From Octopus bimaculoides (taxonomy: Eukaryota): DNA of 64,000 bases. The stretch covers positions 3,743,245-3,807,244 of the forward strand of contig NC_068988.1 of assembly GCF_001194135.2 (NCBI RefSeq), written 5' to 3'. The notes below the pieces were generated by a model, which worked only from the letters and a program-made list of their open reading frames with translations, was not told the origin of the DNA and made no database searches. Shown here piece after piece: positions 12,670-25,038 of the stretch (within the stretch, counting starts at the first letter, position 1; the number at the start of each line of letters is the position of its first letter). The position numbers and the translations under genes were made by a program.

Positions 12670-13219
12670 NNNNNNNNNNACATCTGTATATATATATATA
12701 CATCTGTATATATATATACACATCTGTATTATTTGTATTATTCATTAGCAAGAATTGTATTAACAGTGACTTTGAAGAATCAGCCATCATTGAACTGCAA
12801 TACATTTGAGTTCATTGTTGGTTTTGTATAGTCTCTGTTTGGTTGAAATTTTCTGGAGTAGATTAAGCTTTGTTAAGTAATAATTAGATCTGAGGTCAGA
12901 TAATTCTGAGGAGCAGGGGCCATTTTCATTTCAAAAACATGAAGTGGGGGACTGTATAGCTGTATATATAGGAGTGTGTATGAATGTGTAGTGTGTGGTG
13001 CATGTGTGTATGTGTGCATGCATGTGTGTGTGTTTGTGTGTGTGTGTGTGTATATGTGTGAATTCTCTCTCTCTTGTTTTTTCTTACAGAGGCACTAACC
13101 TTTCACTTTGTGCTTATGTGTAACCCTGACTCTCCTCTTTTACCTTTGTGTTTGTGTGTGTGTGTGTGTGAGTGTGTAATTTAAATAACTTAGATATTTT
13201 TTAAGCGAAGATTGGCCCA

Positions 13220-13295
13220 GGATGATGTTAAGAACTATAAAATGTCTGTTAGAGTATGGATGATGTTAAGAACTATAAAATGTCTGTTAGAGTAT
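13220..13295. repeat. Perfect 38-bp tandem duplication
   Basis: ggatgatgttaagaactataaaatgtctgttagagtat occurs at 13220-13257 and 13258-13295. Confidence 0.95.
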
Positions 13296-15229
13296 TGAAA
13301 AAATATGGAAAAGTGTTCCAATGCTGGAACTGAAATTGACATATGTAAAAATAGGTCAAGGGACAATAAAAAAAAAACATGAAAAGCAAGCAAAAAACCG
13401 TTGGAAATGTCCAGTTGAAGTTGCAGTCGACTGGTTTGAAGAGAGTGATAAATAGCAGGTTGACTATTGACTTATGTTCTGCAATGAGCTTCCACTTGTG
13501 ATATTGATTTTGTAGCAGAAATAAACAAATAAATGCAATGTCGAATAGTTTAGGATCAATGGAAACTGTGATAGCTAATGGACAGGCTCTGGCAATTGGA
13601 TCGCTGAGCAACAGAACTGACTTCCACTTACCAATCACCCACCATAACAAAAACCAAAAACGAAAAGAAAGCAATATGTATCAAACTATAAAATATAAAA
13701 GAAAGAGCTGATGTAAAAATAAAATATGATAGACTAACAGAAGCATATGAATTATAATTTCATGCTAGCTTGCTAAACTGTTGAGAGAATAGAGAGACAT
13801 GCATTTATAGATTTGCAAATTCAACTGTGACCAGTGACTACTATCATTTCAATAGGCAACTGTTTATCTTCTCAGCCGTTTCATGGTCACTGAATGTTTG
13901 CCTTGCAATTTTTGCTTCTTGTTTTTGCTTTCTATTATTTTGTTTGTTCCTTTTCCTACACCTGTCTCTTTTGCTATTTTTCATTCATTTCATTTGCTTT
14001 TGTTCATTTACTGAGTGTATGTGCGTATACATACATATATTTACATACAAATATATACATACACAGATATTCATATACATGTATATGCATACATACATAC
14101 ATGCGCATGCACACACACACACACACACACACACATGGGTGCATGCAAACACATACATGCCTATATCTGGAGATGGGTGTTAGGAGCTCCTCGTGTCTCT
14201 GTTGTCCTACTGAGAAACATTACTGTTAGGTGAAGAACTATATGTATAAATCAATATCTCCAGAATCCCTTGCCAAACCTGAGAAGCAAAATATATTTTA
14301 GGAGAAGGTAAAGAACGTACAAATAAAAGACAACATGCAATTCACTCGGAGGTGGACGTTAAATTCACTTAATGAACATAATAGTTATATTATGACGACA
14401 ATACTAACATAACTAATACAATATGCGTTTTTTAAAGCCAGCTTTATGTTTCTCTGTGGAGATGATCAGAAAAGAAGAGTAAATTTAGCCTCAAGGTCAT
14501 AAAACATTAACAGAATAAAACTCATTTATTATCATCAATGGCATAGAATAGATCTGCTTACAATAAGTTCAAATATCCTCTTATATTTTACAATCTCGTG
14601 CCATCTTCCCTATGACACTTTAATGTCAACTTTATTTTCGATTCTTCTAGGACCAATTAAAAAACATACCAGCTATATACTGGGATCAATAGAATTCTCA
14701 GGGATGACTTTTAAGGCTTCATTTGGATTTATCCGAAAAGATAAGAAATTCTGCTTTCCATAAAATGTGTTCCAGGGTATTTATATAAATATTTCCTAAT
14801 CAGTGACTGTTTGGTAGAAAGTCTGCTTCCCAAACACATGGTTCCAGGCTCAGTCCCCCTGCTCGGCACCTTGTGTGAGTGTTTTCTGCTATAGCCTCAG
14901 GTCAACCAAAGACTTGTGAGTGGATATGGTTGATGAAAACTGAAAGAAGCCCACCGTGTGTGTGTGTATGTGTTTAATCTCCCACTTTTGCTCGATGACC
15001 AGTTTTGGTATGTTTATGTCTCCATAACTTTGCTGTTCAGCAATAGAGACCAATAGAATAAGAAGCAGGCTTAAAAAAAAAGTACTTGGTTGTGGCACCT
15101 CTGTCTGGCCAGAGTCTAAGTAAAAGGTGAAGATAAAAGATTTCCAATCCAGCTAAGGCTAACCATCTTTCATTCATTCAAAATTATTGAAATGTCAATT
15201 ATGCTTCCTCTCTCCTTCCATATTTCTGA

Positions 15230-15900
15230 TAACAAAGCGGGTGTGCTGACAGAATCGTTTCCATGCCAGGCAAAATGTAAGCATTTAATCATTCTTTACG
15301 TTCTGAATTCAAATTCAAAGAAGGTTAATTTTGCCCTTCATCCTTCTTGGTGTCGAGAAAATAAGGACCAGTTGAGCACTGGGGTTGATTTAGTTCACTT
15401 ACCTTCAGCCCCCAAATATCAGGCCTTGTGCCTTTTAGTAGAAAGGGTTATTAATAAAACAGAACGGAAGAGTGATACAAGTAGAAGAGAATTGGATTAA
15501 ACATTAGTTTCAGATTTTGACACAAGGCCAAAAGTTCTGGAGAAAGGGTTAATTTGATTACATTGACCCCTCATATGCAACTGGTATTTATTTTATCAAC
15601 TCCGAGAAGATGAAAGGGAAAGACAACTTCAGCGGAATTTGAACTTAGAACATAAAGCCTGACTAAATACCACTAAGCATTTTGCCTGGTGTACTAACGA
15701 TTTGGCCAGCTCATTGCTTTAATTAAATTAAAAATTATGCATTGTTTGGTTGGTTTTCTTTATGTACTGGGTTCAAATACTGCTAAGGTCATATTTGCCT
15801 TTCATCTCTTTGGGGTTGGCAAAATAAAGTACCGTTCAAGAACTGGGATATAAGGGATCAACGAATCTCCACCCATCAAATCTGCTGACCTTGTGTTAAA
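15230..15900. mobile_element. Cluster of three family C SINEs in alternating orientation (+,-,+)
   Basis: Each carries the central motif gcc(t/c)ttcatc...gtcga/ttg...aaaataa.gtacc, or its reverse complement, seen in the better copies at 29913-30131 and 50462-50699. Confidence 0.7.
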
Positions 15901-17509
15901 ATCATGAACTGGCAAATAAATGAAATCCTTATTATTATCTGCTGTTGTTGTTGCTGCTGCTGCCACCACCGCCACTACCATCGTTGTTGTTGTTGTGAAA
16001 GAGTAAAGGAAATGGCAGTGTCAGATTATAAGCCTAGAATATTTAATTTCAACTTTCAGCATTCATAGTTTGGCTTCTGCAGAGGATAAACTGAACCCAG
16101 GATCAATTGAATTAATACCAGGCATATATTGGGGATCAATAGACTGATAATTTGTGTAAAAAAAACCCAAAAGTTGTCCATAATATTGTAGTAATGGATG
16201 ACATCCTTGTTACTGCCTGAAGAGTATGTCCTTTAGATTTGAAGACATCACACTCTGATAACTGTTGATTCCTCTTCTTGCCATCATTTAGCAGCAACAG
16301 AGTGAGAGAGTAGCACCACGTTTACAGAAATGGTACTCTAGCTTATGCTTAACACCTGAATACATGTAAAAGACAGAAAGAATATGTGCTGCAAGATCAT
16401 CATCATCATCATCATATAAAGATCAAATCTGATTGAAAGTAACTATACACATATGATGGGGTTTTGCATTCACTCTGACAAGATTTTGGTCACCCCTGAA
16501 GATATGGTAGAGCAGACTTGCCCTGCAGCCAGTGATGGCAAAGTAAACTACCAACCACATGGCCATATTTGGCAAAATATATTTGTTAAAGACAGAAAGA
16601 CAGTTTTTCTTTTTTTTTTGTGTAATTTGAAGACATCATTTGCAACAATATTTTCTCCATTACCAAGTAAATAAATGAATAAAATGACAATGCTACAGGA
16701 CAAGAAAACAAAAGAGAAATAGCCATAGAAATCAGGAGACAATTCGATATTTTGCATTCTTTTGTTGACTTGTTTCAACAAATATTATCCTCATTCTGTT
16801 TTGTTACACAAACAAAACAATGACTGTTGAGTGACATAATTTACCAATAAAGAAGGAAGAGAAAAAAAAACTGTAGGAAGAAAATGAAAGACGCAGACAC
16901 AAAAATGGAATGAATAAAGTAGATTATTTTTCAATGTACTGCAACAACTTTAAGCTAGATTGATCACTGACTAAAATTCCCAACGAAAGTTAATTAGAAA
17001 TGTAAAGACCATTCAGAAAAAGCCTTCTTGAATATAAAGTTTCATGTAATTGATAAAAGAGACCATGAAAGAGTCTTGTTAGTTGTCTATATATGGTAAA
17101 TATCAGAGCAGTAATGGGAGAGAGAGAATTTAATTGTTGATACACTGTAAATATGAAACTGATAGCAAGAAAGTTTAATAGTTTGATATAGAGTAAATAT
17201 GATATTGGTTATGAGAGAGAGAGAGAGAGAGAGAGAGTTTAATAGTTAATGTAGTGTCAATATGAGAGCAGTAATGAGAAAGATTAATACTTGATATAAA
17301 TATAAATATGAAATACGTGAAGTGAGAGGCTAGTAATTGATACAAAGTAAATATAAGAAAGATGAAAACCAGTTTATTAGGTCAGTTGATACAATTATTC
17401 AAATCAGGCAAAAACCTTAAGAATGTTGTTGTTGAGCCTCCCTGGGCCAGCTTTCATCTATCAGAGCTATGATTAAAGACATTCAAGCCATGAGTATCCT
17501 ATTTTTATA

Positions 17510-17887
17510 TTATTACCGTCGCCTCGGCAAAGGCAGAGGTATTGTTTTTTCAGTAGCGTTTGTTCGTTTGTCCATGGACAAGATATCTCAAGAACCACTG
17601 GATAGATTCAGATGAAACTTTCAGGGATGTTTGGCCTTGTGACTGCCACGAAACTGATTAGATTTTGGGATTGATTGATCCAGTATCAGACAAGGATTCT
17701 GGATTAATTTTCCTGTTTTTTTACTTAATTTTTGAGAGCGGTCGGGTTCATTTTTAGTATTCTCGTTTGTGAGAACAGTCAAGTGTATTTCAGATATTCT
17801 CATTTTAAAAAAATCATCTCTGGCTAATCATCGAAAGAACATTGGTGTTGCCTTGGCAGAGGTTTGCGCTCTCTGAGTGCTCTTGTT
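17510..17887 (+). mobile_element. Non-autonomous Helentron-associated (HINE/DINE-1-like) element
   Basis: 5' ttattacc..gcctcggcaaaggcagagg, then a short (gttt/gtct) tract, gatatctcaagaacc...gatgaaactt, 3' subterminal ccttggcagaggt, and terminal hairpin gcgctc-tct-gagtgc followed by tcttgttt in T-rich flanks. This is the recognised architecture of the class. Confidence 0.7.
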
Positions 17888-18559
17888 TATTTTACTTTAT
17901 TTTATTTTATTTTATTTATATGATTTCAATGTCAAGTATGACAATTTGTTTAAGACAGCAGTTTGTGATTTGAGGCTTATCTGATCTGACTGCTATATTT
18001 AGCAAGTCAAGTGGTTGCATAAGAGCCCCATCCTGTTGTAGCATTTGTGGTATTTGTACAGGTGTTTGGGTACTGAAGGCTAATGGTACCAACAATGAGG
18101 ACAATTATGTTGGTAGGACCCTACTGCAGAACTGTGCCCCTGTATACTTGGGTAGTCTCTCATATTTAGCATGTTTTATTGTAGCTGTTGTCATTTGGCC
18201 TCAAGTCAGCTCTGATTGGACATGATTTGATTAGAGATACTCCATCCATGACCATCCTGTCATTATCTAATATAACATTATCCAATTTGTCCTTCCTAAT
18301 GGATGCTGGCCAAAATGCTTAGCAGCATTTCATCTACCATTATGATCTGAGACCAAATTCCACCAAGGTTGACGTTGCCTTTCATCTCTTCAGGGTCAAT
18401 AAAATATAAGTATCAGTTGAACATTGGGTCAATGTAATTGACTGACCCCTTCTCCTGAAATTTCTGACTTTATGCCAAACTTTGGAAACAACAGTGTTAA
18501 GGATGTGTGTTTCAAGGGTTTAAGGTATGCATAAAGAGAGTGATTGGTCCCTGTGATGC

Positions 18560-19400
18560 TGCTTCAGCTGGATTGATATTAACTTGTAAAATATTGCAAG
18601 GTTTTTGGTGTATCGAATTAGTGTGTGTCCCCAGGCTCAGCAAATGGAAGTGTTTGTGGATTCATACTTTGCCAGTGTTTGGTTTTCTTCATAGGTAACC
18701 TAATTAAGGTTGAGCAATGCTTAGATATTGGTGTCTAGTTTTGGGAGGTTCTGTGGCATTATGTTTAAAACGTTGCCTTATGGGATACGTTTTTTAAAAG
18801 AGTCTATAATAATTCTGTTGAATGCCTGCACTGGATTCTTTAACCCCTATCACCCTTGATCAGATACTTCATTATTCAGGATGTGACAGAAACATTTCCC
18901 ATATTTTAAACCGATGTGTGCTATTAGTGAAGTTAAGCAAATGCTAATAGTGTCATCATTTGGCTAAGGTTTAACTATTTTTTCTCTTTTCTTCAGTTGC
19001 CAGCTTGACTTAGACCGGTGCACTTTGTACATTTGCTGCTGAATCATTTAACAAGAATGGTAAAACTGATGTTTGGGTGGCACCCAGTATTTTCTGCAGA
19101 AACTTGATGAAGGAGATTTTCTTTGTTATTCTTGATTTGCAATTTTGAATTAGCTTTATTGAGATGAATGATTTTATGTCTTGTCTTTTGTTGGGTTGCT
19201 GTTATCTTCTGAATATTTTGTTTTGTACAGAATCGTCACCTCTGAATTTCAATCAGACATAGTTCTGCTTGTTGCTGATGATGGTGCTAATCTGTCTGTG
19301 TCACTGCAAAGTGCTTTCTCTGTCAATATTCCTCAGCCAGCCACCCTGTCTGTTGCCTTTACTTTTGCCACCTCTGTTTGTTTTCCTGTCATAATTTAAC
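18560..19400 (-). mobile_element. Possible ancient LINE remnant: ORF1 zinc-knuckle-like piece followed by ORF2 endonuclease start
   Basis: Minus strand gives KCTKCTGLSQAGN* (decayed CX2CX4HX4C) near 19000-19040 and CNILQVNINPAEAAS near 18560-18605, resembling the ILQxNxN start of APE domains. Heavily degraded. Confidence 0.3.
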
Positions 19401-20094
19401 CAAGAGAATGAGAATAAAATACATCATTATGTAATCTATTTTATTTGTATTAAGACGGTGGATTGTATTCCAAGAGAGATTTAGCAAAGAATTCTGGCAG
19501 ATTGAGTCAGCGCATAAAGAGCCATTCAACTCAATTGTTTTGAAATGAATATAAAATACAGAATAAAGGGGATTCCACAGTTGATTTGGTAAAAGTATAA
19601 AGCAAGCGTTAAAGGGACTTTAGTGTCTGGTGTGATTCAATTACTACATCAGGTGTAAATATAGTTGATATCAATTGGAGAAAAAGGATAGGAATTTCGT
19701 TAAAGAGATAATAAAAACTATCAAAAGGAAATTGAGTGAAGAAAGTTTTCTTTTTATAAAACCTTGGTAGATAATGTATTATAAACAGTTGGCATTATCA
19801 AGACTATTATCTTCAGTAAGTTCTTTCAGAGAGAAAACACTATAAGCAAAAGCAAATGTGATTGAAATGATAAAGCAAGAGTAAAAGTAGGATGGAGAAG
19901 AGCGAGATTATAAAAGAAATGTGATTGAAGAAAAGTAAGAAGCTGGTTGTTGTAAAGATTTACAACAATATGGAGGGATGATGGATAAGAAAAATGAGAG
20001 AAGTAGCTGCGTGGAGATGTTGAAATTGCTTTCTGATAATGTAATATCAATATTGCAGGGAGAGGGAAAAAAATTAGCAATATATATATATTTG

Positions 20095-20139
<45 letters not shown>

Positions 20140-20211
20140 ATATGTATATATGCATGTATATATATAAGTACATCTACATATGTATATATGTATAAATATA
20201 TATATATATGC

Positions 20212-20260
<49 letters not shown>

Positions 20261-20362
20261 CATACATACATATATATATATACATACATACATACACACA
20301 CACATACACACACACACACATATATATAAGTATATGCATGCACACATATACATACACATATA

Positions 20363-22432
20363 TAGTCGTCCCTTAGTTTACACATTACTTGGTTTCAATG
20401 GTTTCACTTTAACATGTTTCTGGTTTGAGTTCAATTTTTTTTCCCCCCGTTCCCTTTAGATATCCAGAGACTTCATTTACTTGGATCCATTTCAGTTTTC
20501 TTATTGTTTTTCTTTTCATTACTTCAATTGTGAGGAAGATTCCATGCTAAACTAACACTTATGTCAGATATAGGTTTTATTCTTTTACATATTTTGTTAC
20601 ATATTTTTAAGATTGAAAAGCAAGGTTTCTAATATCAAAACAGAAAAGGATGAGAAAGTCGATTTGTCTAGAAATGAAAATTAAGAAATTAAATCAACTT
20701 TAAAATAGAAACATACTGACAAAAACTATGTAGCAACAGTTGAATGAATCAAATTATACAACAGAGATAATCAGATCAAAAGATTTTCAAAAATGTTTCA
20801 TAAACTATGAGAAAAGTGCCAAAGACTTTGTGTTACAATAAGTTGAAATAATTGAAGAAGGTTCCTAGTTTTAAAAATAAAGATTTAATGCATGAAAGTG
20901 ATTTCTTCTAGAAGAAAATGCCAAAAAAGAATTTTTATATCAAGAATAGATTCTAAAATGTTTTGCAGACTCAAAGCATCTAAAGATCTATTCTCAGTAT
21001 CCTGGTGGGGCCTGGGACCCATTCTTTAATACAAAAGAATCAGTGAATACTTTGTTTAAAATGGAAGGTTCCAAGATGTGGTTATGTGATGAAGACGAAA
21101 GGAAATCTCCGAACACTGCCATCTCAGCAAAGGAACTTTCGATTCATTCCTCCATGTTTCACTTGGTTTAGTTTGGCTTTAGTGCTTTGAGCCAAGAGAA
21201 GCAGACTTGAAATATGGTGATTTATGGCTGAAAATTGTCTCCTTAAATCAAGGAAATTTGCCATAGTCACCAGGCACAAGTTTCTCATTAAAGTGATTCG
21301 CTTTTTTGGCTGAGTCATTAATGTACTTGTTTTTTGTACTCAGTACTTAATAAATGAATCACTGTTAGATTCTTTTGTTTTAAATGATTGTGATAAGATA
21401 TTAAAAATGAAGTGTTTTCTTTTTTCCAACCACAGTTGGTGCATACATTTTTCTGGAAAGTCGTAGTGGGTCCTGGAGGGAAATGGATTGGGAAACACTG
21501 CTGTAAGGCATTCAGTGACTGCAGCATGAAGCTAATTATCAGTTAATCAAGCTCTTAATCCATGAGTGAACTGAATAAAAATACTCTAAAACTTTTTGAA
21601 TAGATATTACAAAATTCCAAAACTGGGTTTATCAAATTGCTCATTCAACAGGATTGATTGGTTTTGTTGACGAAGAAATTTATAAACTGTCTGGGGAACA
21701 GGAGTTGGAAAAGATTTAATTGATATCATCACCTTATTAGTAAATGATGAATGTGTGGCAGTGAGTATGATGTTGATGAAGCAAACTCACTGATGCCTGA
21801 AGAAATTGTAAGAAATGGGCTACAAATGGTAAGAAACCTAGAAACTCATTGTATTAAGGGTGATTGTAATACAGGGCCCAGTATAAAATTACGAAGAGGA
21901 TCAAAGCCCTTGAAAGCAAAGAAGGAAAATCTTTTCAATAATTAAAAAAAATCAGTTTTGCAACCTAAAATTACAGATATCATGCATTGGTTGGCTACAC
22001 TAAAAGTATAATTAGAAATTTTAAACATATAGAGATAATACTGAAGATTAGAAACCAATTAAGAAAAAAGAATTGATTTAATGTCTTCTAGTGGAAAGAC
22101 AAACAGTACAAAAACCATGTATGAATGTAGCTAAATGATCTACAGTTCAGTCATTAGATTATGATCATGTGGATTAACATCTTCAGGGATTTTAATTGAT
22201 TAAATCAACTCCATTACTTACATCTAAACGAAACTTATTTTGTTGAATTGCAAAGTTATGGGACATAGTGATGTAACAAGGGCTGTTATCTAAGTGTAAC
22301 ACATTGTAATTCATGTAACTCATATGTAAATATAACACAATATCACTGTAACACAGACACAGGCACACAACACATATACACACTCACACACAAACATTAG
22401 CGCTTACCTGTATTTAAAGCAAGGGGTGTCTA
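20363..22432 (+). mobile_element. Fossil Tigger/pogo-like DNA transposon
   Basis: KRMRKSICLEMKIK at about 20645 (HTH start), CDEDERKSPNTAISAKE near 21085, and GFVDEEIYKL...IVRNGLQMVRNLETHCIKGDCNTGPSIKLRR at 21660-21900 (Tigger-type C-terminus). Candidate TIRs tagtcgtcccttagttta (20363) and taaagcaaggggtgtcta (22415-22432) match 13/18; TA precedes the left end. Confidence 0.5.
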
Positions 22433-22891
22433 ATGAAAGGTGCAAAGCCAGTGGATATCTTTTAACAGAGCAAATGACAGCAATGTCACTGTGTCCTACA
22501 ATTAATCTGTCAGCTAACCTAACTCTGCTTTATTGTCCTTGAGTTCCGTTATCAGAATCCCTTCCATTGCTTGTATTTTGGCCAGGATTAAACTCTTGAG
22601 AACAAGACAATATATTGATGTGCTGCTTTGTATTGCAGTAAGATACAAACTAACAAAACTCCACCTGGAGAAACAGACAAACTTATTCAGTCAGATGCAT
22701 TTGTTTCATCATTATTGTTATGTTAATTAAAAAATGCTTGAAGCTAAATTCTAAAAGACTATTCTTGAGAAAAATTTACATTTGAAACAACAACGACAAC
22801 AAGAAGACAAGGAGAGGAGAGAAAGTATTTCTCTGGAAGAAAAATCACTAAGATAAGATGAGGAGATACATACACACATACATACATGCAC

Positions 22892-22946
<55 letters not shown>

Positions 22947-23274
22947 CGTTAGGAAGGGCATCCAGCTGTAGAAACTCTGCCAAATCAGACTGGAGCNNNN
23001 NNNNNNNNNNNNNNNNNNNNNNNNNNNNNNNNNNNNNNNNNNNNNNNNNNNNNNNNNNNNNNNNNNNNNNNNNNNNNNNNNNNNNNNNNNNNNNNNNNNN
23101 NNNNNNNNNNNNNNNNNNNNNNNNNNNNNNNNNNNNNNNNNNNNNNNNNNNNNNNNNNNNNNNNNNNNNNNNNNNNNNNNNNNNNNNNNNNNNNNNNNNN
23201 NNNNNNNNNNNNNNNNNNNNNNNNNNNNNNNNNNNNNNNNNNNNNNNNNNNNNNNNNNNNNNNNNNNNNNNNNN

Positions 23275-23353
<79 letters not shown>

Positions 23354-24597
23354 AGAGAGAGAGAGAGAGAGAGAGAGACTGACAAACAGATAGACAGACA
23401 GACGCGGATAGATGGATGAATAGATATGGCTCAAAATATACAACTCAAAACGCAGGTATGTGTGCTTGTCTGTATATGTACTGTGAACCTATACATGTGT
23501 GGGCATATGTGTATGTATGTATGTATGTATGTACATATGTATGCATGTGTATGTACGTTGTACACACACATATATATATATAATTGAATATATTCTTATA
23601 TCATATACCTTTATATCTTTTCTTATTTAGAAATGATTGTAAAATTATTTTGCCATGTTTCAACAGTCAAGTCACTCAGAACTCTGAAAATCATAGGTGC
23701 AGTTATACATTCAGATATGCTATGGAACAACAAAATCTATACAAGTAATTAAATATTCATATTATCTACTATACAAGCAGATATTAAGTATAAATATTTA
23801 ATTAAAATAGAACCAGGTATTAATTAATGTTTTGTGTGTCTGCTTATCCATGGAGAAAAGAAGTGAAACTGCACGCACGTTTGCTATATATAGCAACAAT
23901 ATGCCTGAGGGAATGCAGCTGAGGCAAGCATTCAGCTTAACTAAATGGAAATAAAGTAGCGTTTCTCAGATCTAATATATGATATGCGATATTTGTAACA
24001 TAGTTTATTGAAAATTCTTGATCAGTTCAGATTGTCCAAGCAATTAATAGACAAGAGTATCTTGGAATGTTTAAAATATTTTTTTAAATCAAGGGAAATA
24101 ATTGTTATAAAATCAATTAATCAAAATTTTCAGTCAATGCAGATTAGAGTGGATTTAGTCTTTCAAACTCATTGGTGAAAGTAAGAGACAAGTTTTGGTC
24201 TTATTAAACCTCTTCAGAGAAGCATATTCATAAGTAACATCGCTGTATTTGTTCTAGCATCATCATCAACATAACCTTTGTCATTATCATCATCTCCACC
24301 ACCATCATCATCTTCTTCATCATCTCGATATTTATTTGTTAATTATATGTAGTTTTGCCAATACTCTTCGATTTCTAACTCTAAGACAAGGGTTAGGGGT
24401 CGGGGTGTGTTTGTAAAGGATTTCCTACAATTCAATCAAGTAGTCTTTAATTTTGGAAACCTGTAGCAAGAAAGCCTTTATGTAGTCACTCAACTTGTTA
24501 GAAATAGCAGCCAATGTTTATCCCAAATCACATTCCACTGTCTTCAGAAAGAGGAAGAGACACATGAGATAGTTCAGTCATAGACACCAAAAACTAT

Positions 24598-24672
24598 AGC
24601 TGGATGGTCATGGCTGAAATATCTTTGCGCAAAGGTCTGTTCAGTCATAGTTGATCTGGAACTAAACAACAA
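24598..24672 (+). mobile_element. Short dispersed repeat tail (family E), ending ...ctaaacaacaac
   Basis: ggatggtcatggctgaaat...gttgatctggaactaaacaacaac. Related pieces lie at about 17430-17500, 18200-18260, 32040-32110 and 43770-43835 (all -) and 63020-63095 (+). Confidence 0.55.
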
Positions 24673-24966
24673 CTTGTTTGGTAAATGTCCAAGAAAGCTC
24701 ACAGATATATATGACTGAGTCTACAAGATGTGGTTTATACGCCATGGTATACAGTGGCTAGGAAATGAAGATTTCAAAAAATATTTCAAACCACAGAGCA
24801 GAGAATAATACATGGAAAAATGTTGCAGGTTAATGAATAGCAAAAATATAGAATTTCTGAGTTAATGGGGGTGGGGGGAATAGGAATATAGTAGGAAGAG
24901 TTAAGACACAACTAAATTGTTGACAAGTTCTCAGTGTGAATTTGTTATAGAAATCTTTCCTGCTGC

Positions 24967-25038
<72 letters not shown>

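Noticed and set aside
13273-13674. 133-aa hydrophobic minus-strand ORF
   Set aside because: Phe/Leu bias follows T-rich composition, alternative start codon, no recognisable motif.
18375-18395. Minus-strand ctgaagagatgaaaggc as a hammerhead core
   Set aside because: It is the decayed central domain of a family C SINE; no stems.
22030-22070. ctgaaga-tta-gaaac as a minimal hammerhead
   Set aside because: No stem III or NUH site and no stem I complement.
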